Part shown: piece by piece, positions 10,405 to 19,810 of the stretch | How the letters are laid out: each line of letters starts with the position of its first letter | How positions within the stretch are numbered: the stretch's first letter is position 1 | DNA from: Patescibacteria group bacterium | Lineage (GTDB): Bacteria; Patescibacteriota; Patescibacteriia; Magasanikbacterales; GWA2-37-8 | Reading direction: 5' to 3' | Length of the DNA: 64,000 nt | Assembly: GCA_041651015.1 (NCBI GenBank) | Contig: JBAZKA010000004.1 | Coordinates: 1,010 to 65,009 of the forward strand | Position numbers and translations under genes: made by a program | Notes under the pieces: model-generated | The model's input: the letters and a program-made list of their open reading frames with translations, nothing else | Told to the model about the DNA's origin: nothing | Databases searched by the model: none

Positions 10405-10728
10405 ATGCTGATGTATCTCGGTACTGTTCCGCACCGCGCCAGTTCTTCATCGCAGGTGTCGTCAATCCCTCCTGTGGCAAAAAAGAATATGGACACGACC
10501 GTAAGTATACGCCATGATGCCATGACAACTTACATGAAGGTCGGCGAAATCGCGCGCATTATGGGGCTCAACGAAGAAAACAGCGCGGTTCTGCTCAACC
10601 ACTACATTGCTGTGGACAGGGACGGATACGCCTTGCTCTTAGTCAGGATGAGTAAGAGCGTGTCTCCGATATTCGAGGCGGCGTACAATAATTTTATAAG
10701 CTATCTTAACGCTCAAATTCTCCGTTAA
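10405..10728 (+). CDS. Hypothetical protein (ORFan)
   Basis: 107 aa, AAGGAG SD, own promoter and downstream hairpins. Confidence 0.6.
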   Translation: MLMYLGTVPHRASSSSQVSSIPPVAKKNMDTTVSIRHDAMTTYMKVGEIARIMGLNEENSAVLLNHYIAVDRDGYALLLVRMSKSVSPIFEAAYNNFISYLNAQILR

Positions 10729-10834
10729 AATGGGAGAGGTCACCCCGCCTCCTCTCCCCCAATTCCTCGAGAACCCATCCCGCCAAAACGGGGTGGTTTT
10801 ATTTTTCTTAGTTTATTGATATGATGTTAACACT

Positions 10835-11542
10835 ATGCCATTTCTTCTCGTGGACAAACCTGTTGGCTGGACCAGTTTTGATGTGGTCGGTTTTATCCGT
10901 AAAGAGGAACGCAAAAATATTTCCGCCCAAGGCGGACAGGCCTCGGGCCTGAAAGTCGGTCATGCCGGTACACTGGATCCATTTGCCACCGGTCTTTTGA
11001 TTGTGGCAGTCGGGCGCGAATCCACCAAGCGTTTGGATGAATTTAAAAAATTACCAAAAACATATATCGCCACTGTGCGGTTGGGGGCGACATCGGATAC
11101 AGATGATTGTACTGGCCAAATTTCCAATGTCAAATTTCCAATGTCAAATCAAGCTCAAAATCCAAATGACAAAATCCCCGACCAAGCGCAAATCAAAAAA
11201 ACTTTACAAACATTTATCGGCGAGCAAGAACAAGTCCCGCCCCGATACTCGGCCAAAAAAATTAACGGTCAAAAAATGTATTCAATGGCCCGGGCCGGAA
11301 AAGATTTTGTCCGCGAACCATCGGTTATCCACATTTATGATATAGAACTATTGGATTACACCTGGCCCGACCTAAAAATCAAAATTGATTGCGGGTGTGG
11401 CACCTACATTCGCTCGCTGGCCCGCGATTTGGGCGAGGCTTTGGGTGTGGGCGGATATTGCGCTGAACTGAGGAGGACGAGAATTGGTGATAACAAAATT
11501 GAGGACGCCATTGCGATTTCCGACCTAAAAATAGGCCGTTGA
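10835..11542 (+). CDS. truB: tRNA pseudouridine(55) synthase, with two in-frame repeat insertions
   Basis: DKPVGWTSFDVV, KVGHAGTLDPFATG, GTYIRSLARDLG. Confidence 0.97.
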   Translation: MPFLLVDKPVGWTSFDVVGFIRKEERKNISAQGGQASGLKVGHAGTLDPFATGLLIVAVGRESTKRLDEFKKLPKTYIATVRLGATSDTDDCTGQISNVKFPMSNQAQNPNDKIPDQAQIKKTLQTFIGEQEQVPPRYSAKKINGQKMYSMARAGKDFVREPSVIHIYDIELLDYTWPDLKIKIDCGCGTYIRSLARDLGEALGVGGYCAELRRTRIGDNKIEDAIAISDLKIGR

Positions 11543-11567
11543 CACCAGTCCATTTTTGTGTTATCCT
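11539..11567 (+). promoter_or_regulatory. Sigma70 promoter for candidate 6S RNA / rny
   Basis: TTGACA-17 nt-TATCCT with extended TG. Confidence 0.6.
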
Positions 11568-11587
11568 ACCTGCAACTTAATTAATCA

Positions 11588-11780
11588 GGACATTTGAGCA
11601 ATAACGAAACGAAGAAACTCCCCACCGGCTGAACACGACCTCGCGGAATATATAAAAGCCATTATGTTTGCGGAACTCTACGTAAAAACAATGCTTTCCA
11701 AAGCCACATTGACCGAAAAACTAATCGGTTAATTTTCGTAGTCAGGCAAACTTCTTCCACTCGTCATTCGCTCAAATGCC
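11588..11780 (+). ncRNA. ssrS: Candidate 6S RNA
   Basis: 193 nt with complementary ends (catttgagc/gctcaaatg, gaagaa/ttcttc, ctga..acga/tcgt..tcag) around a bubble; lies directly upstream of rny. Confidence 0.55.
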
Positions 11781-11840
11781 ATTTTGAGAATTTTTTGTCC
11801 TGTTAAATACAGGCAATTAATCTCATTTAACAGGATAAAT

Positions 11841-13367
11841 ATGAATACATTAATTTGGGCGGGTATTGCCATTATCGCCGCGGGGCTCGGCGTCACCGCC
11901 GGTTATTTTTGGCGCAAAAAAATGGCTACCTCCATGGCCAATTCCATGGAAGCCAAGGCGGAAAAAATCCTTGCCGAAGCCAAAACCAAATATCAAGAAT
12001 CCATCTTGGAAGCCAAAGAGAAAGCCGTGCAAATGATGGAAGAGACCAAGCGCGAGGAACGCAAAATGCGCCAGGACATGCAATCAGCGCAACAGCGTTT
12101 GGAAAAACGCGAAAGCATGTTTGACCAAAAACTTTTGGAATTCCAAGACAAGCAAACCAAGCTGCAAGAAAAGATAGACCACATCACCAATATCAAAACT
12201 GAAATTGAAAAATTGCGCGACCAAGAATTCCAAAAATTGCAAAGCGTGGCCGGTATGACGCGCGACGAGGCCAAAAATCTTCTGATGGAAAAAGTTGAAG
12301 AAGACAGTAAAACGGATTTAATGGGACGCATTATCAAATTGGAAAAAGAATCATCTGAAGCCTTTGAAGACAAAGCGCGCAATGTCATTGTCACCGCCAT
12401 TCAACGCTGTGCCTCGTCACACGCGGCCGAGACCACTTCCACGGCCGTCACTCTGCCGAGTGATGAAATGAAAGGACGCATTATCGGCAAAGAAGGCCGT
12501 AACATTAAGATGATAGAAAAACTCACCGGCTGTGAACTCATCATTGATGAAACTCCGGAAGTGATTACCGTATCCGGTTTCTCCCCCATTCGCCGTCAGG
12601 TGGCCAAACTCGCTTTGGAAAAATTAATGGAAGATGGACGCATCCAGCCGGCGCGCATTGAAGAATTTGTGGAAAAAGCCAAACAGGATTTGGCTTTGGA
12701 CATCAAAAAAGCCGGCGAAGAAGCGCTCTACAAAATGGGTATCACCGGTATTGACCCGAAATTAGTCGGCATTGTCGGACGCCTCAAATACCGCACTTCT
12801 TACGGCCAAAATATATTGAATCATTCCATGGAGGTTGGTTATCTCGCCGGCATTATTGCCTCGGAACTCGGTATTGACGCGGCCAAAGCCAAAAAATGCG
12901 GTTTCTTCCACGACATCGGTAAATCCGTTGACCAGGAAACTCAGGGCTCGCATCCGGAGATTGGCTATGCCATCATGAAAAAATTCAACATGGATGAGGA
13001 CTTGGCCCAAGCCTCGCTCACCCATCATATGGACAAGCCGTACAATATTTTTGCCACTGTGGTCAAAGCGGCTGATGCCATTTCCGGCGCCAGATTTGGC
13101 GCGCGCAAAGATTCTTACGAACAATTCGTCGCCCGCTTGGAAGAATTGGAAAAAGTGGCCGGTGATTTCCCGGGCATTGAAAAAGTTTACGCCATCCAGG
13201 CCGGACGTGAAGTGCGCGTCTTTGTGAAGCCGAATGAAATTGATGATTACGCCGCTTATCAGCTGGCCAAGGACATCGCCCGAAAAATTGAACAAGAATT
13301 ACAATATCCGGGTGAAATTAAAATCACCTTACTCCGCGAAACCAGAGTGATTGAATACGCCAAGTAA
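11841..13367 (+). CDS. rny: Ribonuclease Y
   Basis: N-terminal TM, coiled coil, KH (GRIIGKEGRNI) and HD (HDIGK); start moved to ATG 11841. Confidence 0.97.
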   Translation: MNTLIWAGIAIIAAGLGVTAGYFWRKKMATSMANSMEAKAEKILAEAKTKYQESILEAKEKAVQMMEETKREERKMRQDMQSAQQRLEKRESMFDQKLLEFQDKQTKLQEKIDHITNIKTEIEKLRDQEFQKLQSVAGMTRDEAKNLLMEKVEEDSKTDLMGRIIKLEKESSEAFEDKARNVIVTAIQRCASSHAAETTSTAVTLPSDEMKGRIIGKEGRNIKMIEKLTGCELIIDETPEVITVSGFSPIRRQVAKLALEKLMEDGRIQPARIEEFVEKAKQDLALDIKKAGEEALYKMGITGIDPKLVGIVGRLKYRTSYGQNILNHSMEVGYLAGIIASELGIDAAKAKKCGFFHDIGKSVDQETQGSHPEIGYAIMKKFNMDEDLAQASLTHHMDKPYNIFATVVKAADAISGARFGARKDSYEQFVARLEELEKVAGDFPGIEKVYAIQAGREVRVFVKPNEIDDYAAYQLAKDIARKIEQELQYPGEIKITLLRETRVIEYAK

Positions 13368-13500
13368 GTTGAAAGTCAAAAAGTTGTAAAGTTCAAAAAG
13401 TCCCCGTAAATTCTACGAGGACTTTTTGATTTATCATTTTAGCCTTGTGGACAAATCTTTGCTCAATACAGCAAAAAATGCTATTATAAATACGAGGTAA

Positions 13501-13556
13501 AAGTTTATATAGATATATACTTTATAAACTTTATAACTTTACAAACTTTATAAACT
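13501..13556. repeat. AACTTTAT/AC tandem repeat
   Basis: 28 bp (13526-13553) identical to 53032-53059; opposite-orientation units at 13371-13400. Confidence 0.75.
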
Positions 13557-13577
13557 CGTAAGAAAGGGGGTGACCCT

Positions 13578-13856
13578 ATGAATAAAGCAGAATTAGCTCA
13601 AGTTCTCTCTGAGAAATTGAACATCTCCAAAAAAGAAGCCGAAGACATGGTCAATACCACCGTTGATGTGATTATTGAAACTTTGACCAAAGGCGATGAA
13701 GTTGTTTTGACCGGTTTTGGCGCTTTCAGCGTCAAACAGCGCGCGGCTCGCGTTGGCGTCAATCCGCAAAATCCGACCGAGAAAATTCAAATCCCGGCGG
13801 TAAAAGTTCCGAAATTCAAGGCTGGCAAAGCATTGAAAGATGCACTCAAGAAGTAA
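13578..13856 (+). CDS. hup: DNA-binding protein HU
   Basis: MNKAEL...GFGAF...R.GVNPQ...IPA..VPKFKAGK. Confidence 0.96.
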   Translation: MNKAELAQVLSEKLNISKKEAEDMVNTTVDVIIETLTKGDEVVLTGFGAFSVKQRAARVGVNPQNPTEKIQIPAVKVPKFKAGKALKDALKK

Positions 13857-13865
13857 TTTTTTTCT

Positions 13866-13899
13866 AAAAAATCCTTCCGCCATGGGCGGAGGGATTTTT
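13866..13899 (+). terminator. Intrinsic terminator
   Basis: atccttccgcc-atg-ggcggagggat followed by T tract. Confidence 0.75.
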
Positions 13900-13911
13900 G
13901 TTTTCATGGTT

Positions 13912-13977
13912 TGCCCGGCAGAGCTCCGCGAGATTCTGCTGGGCACGCCCGGCAGAGGCCGAAGGCATTCTGCCGGG
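13912..13977. repeat. Tandem double hairpin (REP-like)
   Basis: cccggcaga...tctgc(t/c)ggg occurs twice. Confidence 0.65.
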
Positions 13978-14040
13978 TTGACAAAACCTCATTTTTATGA
14001 TTTACTTAAAGTCGTCAACCAAAACGAGGAGGAGAATAAA

Positions 14041-14394
14041 ATGGGAGAGGTAGTTCGCTTGAAAACACGTTATCTCATCTGGCCAGAAAACGCCGATACA
14101 ATGGAAAAAATCGCCGTTCATCTTATCGAAAGAGGACGGCCAATCACGGAGGACAGAATCACTTCCTACCGCGATTGGAAAGGAAACGAGCTCACCCTGA
14201 TTGAGATAGAAAAGCCGGATGCTTATTATTTCAAGGATATGAAGAGCGGTTGCTGGCTTAAATTCCGTCTATTCAAGCAGGACCCTGGAAGAACTATTCG
14301 GGAGATAACATTCTCATTTCCGAAAAAGTCGCCGCGGCGCGCGCGTCTCGGAATCAAACAGGTCGCCGCCAAGGGCACGACCGATCACGCATAG
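14041..14394 (+). CDS. Hypothetical protein (ORFan)
   Basis: ATG 14041 after GAGGAGG; TTGACA promoter at 13978; terminator at about 14417-14446. Confidence 0.7.
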   Translation: MGEVVRLKTRYLIWPENADTMEKIAVHLIERGRPITEDRITSYRDWKGNELTLIEIEKPDAYYFKDMKSGCWLKFRLFKQDPGRTIREITFSFPKKSPRRARLGIKQVAAKGTTDHA

Positions 14395-14550
14395 CAGCAC
14401 CTTTCGCAACACACCACAACGGCGGTCGCAAGATCGTCGTTTTTTTATTTCCAATATTGACAAAAACGTGAAATAATGGTTAGGTTAATCGGGGGGAACG
14501 AACATTTAACAATTCAAAGCCAAGGGCTTTGCCGCACAGGAGGAAAAATC

Positions 14551-15057
14551 ATGGAAAGAATCGGCAGACTGCCACAAGTTGCCAGTTTACTGGGTATAAC
14601 AATCCCCGAAGAACTCTTGAAAGAAATAGAAAACGGGTTAACGCTCGCGGACATCATAGAGAACCCACGTCGGCCTTTACCGGACATGCTGGATATTGAT
14701 GACGTGATTTTACTCTGGGTATACCTGGAAAACCGCAGAGATGAGCTGAATAAGTACGTGCAACAATTTCTCGGCTCCATTCCCCCGGACAAACGTCCAC
14801 CCGAAAATGATTTTGAAGCGTGGAAACAATTCCGCGCCGACGCCTATGATGATTCGTTCGAGCAAAAAATCGCCATGATGCAACTGATACGAATCGCAAA
14901 GACATTTGGAAATTGGCTGTACATTATCAACTTTGCCAAGCACGAATGTGTAAAAATAATCTCGGCCATTGCTCTGCGAGACAAGGCTCAAGGAGAAATC
15001 CAGGAACAAATGGCTGGGCGAAAACTGGAAGAAGTCGGTATTGGTTCATTGCCATAG
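14551..15057 (+). CDS. Hypothetical protein (ORFan)
   Basis: ATG 14551 after AGGAGG; TTGACA at 14457. Confidence 0.7.
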   Translation: MERIGRLPQVASLLGITIPEELLKEIENGLTLADIIENPRRPLPDMLDIDDVILLWVYLENRRDELNKYVQQFLGSIPPDKRPPENDFEAWKQFRADAYDDSFEQKIAMMQLIRIAKTFGNWLYIINFAKHECVKIISAIALRDKAQGEIQEQMAGRKLEEVGIGSLP

Positions 15058-15171
15058 CGAAACAAGTCCGCCCTGCCTCGCGTCTAACAAACGCGGGGCA
15101 ATTTATATTTACCAACTTGACAATTTATCAAAAATGGCGTACAATAGCCGACATAATTTGGTCGCAAACAT

Positions 15172-15243
15172 GGCCCCATCGTCTAGTGGTTAGGACACCT
15201 CGCTTTCAATGAGGTAACACGGGTCCGATTCCCGTTGGGGCTA
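15172..15243 (+). tRNA. tRNA-Glu(TTC)
   Basis: Cloverleaf ggcccca/tggggct, anticodon arm cctcg-ctTTCaa-tgagg; T-loop reads TCCGATT; CCA not encoded. Confidence 0.92.
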
Positions 15244-15292
15244 CAAAATATCTCGGGCACTAATCTTCACTCTTAGGAGGGAGTAAAAACGG

Positions 15293-16105
15293 ATGGAAAA
15301 TAAATTTAATGTCGCCATTGTACAATTTGAAATTTCCCATCTCAATCCCGCAGAAAATCTTCGCCGCGCGGAAAGTTTTATTGCCGAGGCTGCGCAAAAA
15401 AACGCGCAGGTAATTGTATTTCCCGAGGACTTTATGACCGGATCAATTTTTGGCGATTTACGCCATCTGGATCGCGATCATAATTTTTTACAATATTTTC
15501 AAACTCTGGCGAGAAAATATCACATTGATATTATAAGCGGTTCGTGGATGGAAGAAACACCGAATGGGGCTTTTAGCACGACCAGCTACATTGATTATAA
15601 AGGAAATGTACTGGGCGAGTATCACAAAAACCATCTATATCTTTCGGAAAGAAATTTTCTTAAACCAGGAACCAACATCGCCGTTTTTGACACGCGATTC
15701 GGTCGCGCGGGACTTATAATTTGTTGGGATATTATGTATCCGGAAATATTCGCGCGTATGAACGAACTCGGCGTACAAATTGTCTATTGCGTAAGTTATT
15801 GGTACAAAGAAATAACTGGTGACGGCGCCGCGATCAATCCCAACGCCGAGGAGGCTCACATTGACGCGCTTTGCCTCGCTCGCGCGGTTGAAAATAATGT
15901 CGCCTTTATATATGCAAACGCCGCCGGCACAATGCATTTTTCCGATAACACTTCCGATTGCCTCATCGGCCATTCGCAAATAAATTTGCCGATTGCGGGC
16001 ACGATCGCCAAATTAGGCCACAACCAAGAAGGCATGTTGATGGCTTTAACCGACATCTCGGTGCTTAACACGGCGAGAGAGATTTATAAAATTCGCGAAT
16101 ATTAG
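15293..16105 (+). CDS. Carbon-nitrogen hydrolase (nitrilase superfamily)
   Basis: VFPE, YHKNHL and ICWD catalytic triad motifs. Confidence 0.92.
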   Translation: MENKFNVAIVQFEISHLNPAENLRRAESFIAEAAQKNAQVIVFPEDFMTGSIFGDLRHLDRDHNFLQYFQTLARKYHIDIISGSWMEETPNGAFSTTSYIDYKGNVLGEYHKNHLYLSERNFLKPGTNIAVFDTRFGRAGLIICWDIMYPEIFARMNELGVQIVYCVSYWYKEITGDGAAINPNAEEAHIDALCLARAVENNVAFIYANAAGTMHFSDNTSDCLIGHSQINLPIAGTIAKLGHNQEGMLMALTDISVLNTAREIYKIREY

Positions 16106-16145
16106 AATGCTATACTTAATAAAATAAAGAATCATCGCATGTAGT

Positions 16146-17003
16146 ATGGAATATAAAAATATCAACATTATTAAAGAAACCAAAGATTTGTCAATATTCA
16201 TTGCGGAAGACAATGGAAATAAATTTTTTTATAAGAAACCACGGACGAAAGATGGCGAAATCAAAAACACACGTGAATTTAATAACCAAAAGTTTCTGCT
16301 AAAAATAACCCATGAAAAAAATGTTGGGTTTGAATTTTTAGAGCCAAAATTTGAAGACAAAACATTAATTTACCCGGACATAAACCAATTTGGTGTTTTT
16401 TTGGCTAAAAGCGAAGCACCAGCTGATAACCACACGCAATTCTCAACTTACTCGGAAGAAATGATAAAATTTATTAAATTTTGTCTGCAAATACCTTATT
16501 CTGGAATACCTGAAGCTATCAAAATTGACAGTCAAACAAGAAAGAACAATATTCTTAACAAATTTAACACGGATGGTGAATTGTTGGCATCAACAGGTTT
16601 AATTTCAAAAAAGGAAATAAATAATATAGAAAATATTATAGGGAACGGACTGAGAAAAATGGCGTTTCAACACCATGATTTAGTACCGTGGCATATGGCT
16701 CGTAAAACAGAAGATCAAAAACTTATTCTTATTGACTCCGGATGGAGCGGCTGGTCTCTTAAATACTATGATGTCGCCTATTATGTTTTACAAATGACGG
16801 GTTACGCGAGAAAAAAAGATGACGCTTTTGCGCTTCTGGAAAAAGTTAAAAATGAATTTAGGGATGACGCCGAATTACACAGTTCCCTCGCCGCCTCATT
16901 TGGATATCGTGGAATTAGATTAGCCGCCGAATTAGAAAGAATTGGAAAAATTGAAGAAGCCAAAGATGTGATTATTGTTTTGCTGTCACAAATAAATGAA
17001 TAA
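16146..17003 (+). CDS. Aminoglycoside/choline phosphotransferase-like protein
   Basis: HHDLVPWH...LID...YDVA resembles the APH catalytic motifs. Confidence 0.6.
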   Translation: MEYKNINIIKETKDLSIFIAEDNGNKFFYKKPRTKDGEIKNTREFNNQKFLLKITHEKNVGFEFLEPKFEDKTLIYPDINQFGVFLAKSEAPADNHTQFSTYSEEMIKFIKFCLQIPYSGIPEAIKIDSQTRKNNILNKFNTDGELLASTGLISKKEINNIENIIGNGLRKMAFQHHDLVPWHMARKTEDQKLILIDSGWSGWSLKYYDVAYYVLQMTGYARKKDDAFALLEKVKNEFRDDAELHSSLAASFGYRGIRLAAELERIGKIEEAKDVIIVLLSQINE

Positions 17004-17098
17004 ATTTTGTTGTCATTTAATTACCTGCATTGAAAAAATATATTTTGCATTATCCTCCGCAAACTGGTATAATATTTCGGATTATTATCCGAATAAAT

Positions 17099-17398
17099 AT
17101 GGGATACATATTCAATACTAATTCACAAAAAATCGCCAAGATAAACGATGACGGTGACGTGCATAGCATGAGCGATAGACATCTGGGAAAAGTGCATGGC
17201 GATGGCGCGATTTTTGATACTGATGGTCATCGGGTCGGGCATGTTGACTCAACCGGAAAAGTCTTTGACACCGAGCACCATATCGGCAGTGTGCATAGCG
17301 ACGGCGGAATCTTTGATACGGCCAACCACCATTTGGGCCGAGCCGAACCGCCACACATGGAATTCGGTGGCGCCGCGTTATTATTACTTATCAGATAA
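17099..17398 (+). CDS. Small beta-flower-like repeat protein
   Basis: Repeated G-x-V-x-x-D-G-x-I-F-D units and C-terminal GGAALLLL; start moved to ATG 17099. Confidence 0.65.
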   Translation: MGYIFNTNSQKIAKINDDGDVHSMSDRHLGKVHGDGAIFDTDGHRVGHVDSTGKVFDTEHHIGSVHSDGGIFDTANHHLGRAEPPHMEFGGAALLLLIR

Positions 17399-17490
17399 CT
17401 CTTCCAATGACATAAATTCAACCATCAAATCCTACGGGATGACGGGATTTTAGCGTTAATATTTTTTAATCATAATTGCACAATAATAGT

Positions 17491-18456
17491 ATGATGGAAA
17501 AAATACGAACATCCGAATCAGTCTCTCCGATGCATCCGGATAAAATCTGCGACCGCATCAGCGACGCGATATTGGACGCTTGCTTACAGCAAGACAAAAA
17601 CAGCCGGGTGGCGGTGGAAAGCATGGGCGGACACGGAATTATCACCATCACCGGAGAAATCACATCCGATGCCAATGTAAATTTCAGAGAAATAGCAAAA
17701 AAAATTGTCGGGGATAAATACGGCATCCAAGTCAACATCGTCAAGCAAAGCAGGGAGATTTCACAAGGTGTGGATATCGGAGGCGCCGGCGACCAAGGAA
17801 TCATGGTCGGATACGCCTGCGATGAAACTCCCGCTCTAATGCCGCTTGAAGTAATGCTGGCAAGAAATCTGAACAAACATATTTATCAGAGCCACCCCTT
17901 TGACGGCAAAACTCAAATCACGTTGAATAACGGATTAATTGAAACCGTTATCGCGAGCTTCCAAAACGTCAGCGGTGAAAAATTAATAGAATTAATCAAC
18001 GCGTGGCTGAGCGATAAAAAGCTGGCGCAAAATTGTAAAATTTTTGCCAATCCGGCCGGCGATTGGAACATCGGCGGATTTGAAGCCGATACCGGCCTGA
18101 CCGGCAGGAAACTCGCGGTGGATAATTACGGCACGAGAATTCCGATTGGCGGCGGCGCCTTCTCGGGCAAAGATTACACCAAAGTTGACCGAAGCGCAGC
18201 CTATATGGCGAGAAAAATCGCGGTTGACTTGTTGAAACAAAATAACGCGAAAGAGGTTTTTGTGCATTTGGCTTATGCCATCGGCAAACCGGAACCGGTT
18301 ATGGCCGTGGCTATGATTGACGGCAGAGAAAATGAAATAACCGGATATGATTTGACGCCAAACGGCATAAGAAAATTCTTGAAGCTGGATGAACAGCCAT
18401 ACGAAGCGACCGCGCAATATGGCCACTTTGGCAATAACTTTATCTGGGATAACTAA
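17491..18456 (+). CDS. metK: S-adenosylmethionine synthetase (short form)
   Basis: SESVSPMHPDK, GAGDQG, GGGAFSGKD, KVDRSAAY. Confidence 0.93.
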   Translation: MMEKIRTSESVSPMHPDKICDRISDAILDACLQQDKNSRVAVESMGGHGIITITGEITSDANVNFREIAKKIVGDKYGIQVNIVKQSREISQGVDIGGAGDQGIMVGYACDETPALMPLEVMLARNLNKHIYQSHPFDGKTQITLNNGLIETVIASFQNVSGEKLIELINAWLSDKKLAQNCKIFANPAGDWNIGGFEADTGLTGRKLAVDNYGTRIPIGGGAFSGKDYTKVDRSAAYMARKIAVDLLKQNNAKEVFVHLAYAIGKPEPVMAVAMIDGRENEITGYDLTPNGIRKFLKLDEQPYEATAQYGHFGNNFIWDN

Positions 18457-18466
18457 TCACAGAAAT

Positions 18467-18497
18467 AAAAACAGCTTCCGAGAGGAAGTTGTTTTTT
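18467..18497. terminator. Bidirectional terminator between metK and the GT4 gene
   Basis: aaaaacagcttcc-gaga-ggaagttgttttt. Confidence 0.7.
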
Positions 18498-18515
18498 ATT
18501 TTATTCAAATTATAT

Positions 18516-19670
18516 TCACTTCTTTGAGTACACTTCGGCCACTTCTTGCGTAATATCATCCCAATTAAAATTCTTTTTAATAAAATTCAAACATTTTTCT
18601 CCGTGCCGTTTGACTGATTCGGGAAAATCCATCAAATAAACCATCATCTCATATAAATCATTTACGTTTTTGGATTGAAAAGCAAAGCCGGCATGATCAA
18701 TGCTTTCTAAATTTTCCGGAATATTGCTCACCAAGACGCATGTGCCATAACTCATCGCTTCCAAAATCGTAATAGACAAACCTTCAACTTCGGACGGATG
18801 GACATACAGATAAGCATTGGCGAAAAGTTGGGCCAAGGTCTCGCCCTGTTGAAAACCGACAAAGACGATATTGGGTGAACCGGCCGCCAATTTTTTCAAA
18901 TAATCCAAATAATCATCAGTGTAGCTCGGCGCCCCGACAATCGCCAATTTCAAAATTTTACCCCCGGGCCAATTCTTCGGGTCAGCGCCGTGGCGACTCT
19001 CCAACATTTTGTAAGCTTCAATCAAATAATGAATACCTTTGTGGCGGATGAGACGCGCCACGGTTAAAATATAATTGTCTTTACCAAGGCCAAATCGCCG
19101 GATCATATTATCGTGCGCTTCGGCTGTTTTACGCAAATCCGTGCCGTTCGGAATATAGATTGTTTCTTTGTTGTACATCTGCCGGCAATACTGCTGAATG
19201 GATTTGGATACAGCAATGGTCGCGTGCGGATAATGCAAGGCCGTCCACTCGCCATGCCCCAGATACCACCGCGCGAATGCGCCCCATTTTTTGTGAAACC
19301 GGTCAATGCTGTGAAAAGTGACGACCACGCGCGTCCGCGGACAAAACACTCTCGGAATCCAAGCCAGAGTTGACGGACCGACACCGTGAAAATGCATGAC
19401 ATCGTATTTTTGAAAAACCGCGTGGATGACGGAAAAGAAAACATGGGTGATGGTATCCAAATTTTTTGTCGGAATTGACGGTGTGTAAATTATCTTTACG
19501 TCTTTATAATTATTTATTTTATCCGGCATTAAATATTTACGCGAATACACAAACACTTCGTGGCCCATGGCCGCGAGCCGAGTGGAGAGTTCCTCCACAT
19601 GCCGTTCCACTCCCCCGCCTTTTCCCCCGATAAACGGCACGGTTTTTTGTCCCAACATGGCGATACGCAT
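18516..19670 (-). CDS. Glycosyltransferase family 4
   Basis: GGVERHV; EGLSITILEAM (E-x7-E). Confidence 0.93.
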   Translation of the reverse strand: MRIAMLGQKTVPFIGGKGGGVERHVEELSTRLAAMGHEVFVYSRKYLMPDKINNYKDVKIIYTPSIPTKNLDTITHVFFSVIHAVFQKYDVMHFHGVGPSTLAWIPRVFCPRTRVVVTFHSIDRFHKKWGAFARWYLGHGEWTALHYPHATIAVSKSIQQYCRQMYNKETIYIPNGTDLRKTAEAHDNMIRRFGLGKDNYILTVARLIRHKGIHYLIEAYKMLESRHGADPKNWPGGKILKLAIVGAPSYTDDYLDYLKKLAAGSPNIVFVGFQQGETLAQLFANAYLYVHPSEVEGLSITILEAMSYGTCVLVSNIPENLESIDHAGFAFQSKNVNDLYEMMVYLMDFPESVKRHGEKCLNFIKKNFNWDDITQEVAEVYSKK

Positions 19671-19810
19671 ATATATTTAGTATACCTGCTTTGCGGGTAA
19701 AGGGCAAAAACCGGCCATGCAATAAAATACCTCTCCCGTTTGTATTATAATCGGAAAGCTCGAGACTCCAAAATAGCAGAAATTTAATTCATTCTAACTA
19801 TATAATAAAC

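Noticed and set aside
13840-14040. Extended start of the 184-aa ORF
   Set aside because: Runs through a terminator, REP hairpins and a promoter; the SD supports ATG 14041
15244-18456. tRNA-integrated genomic island or prophage
   Set aside because: No integrase, phage genes or duplicated tRNA 3' end found
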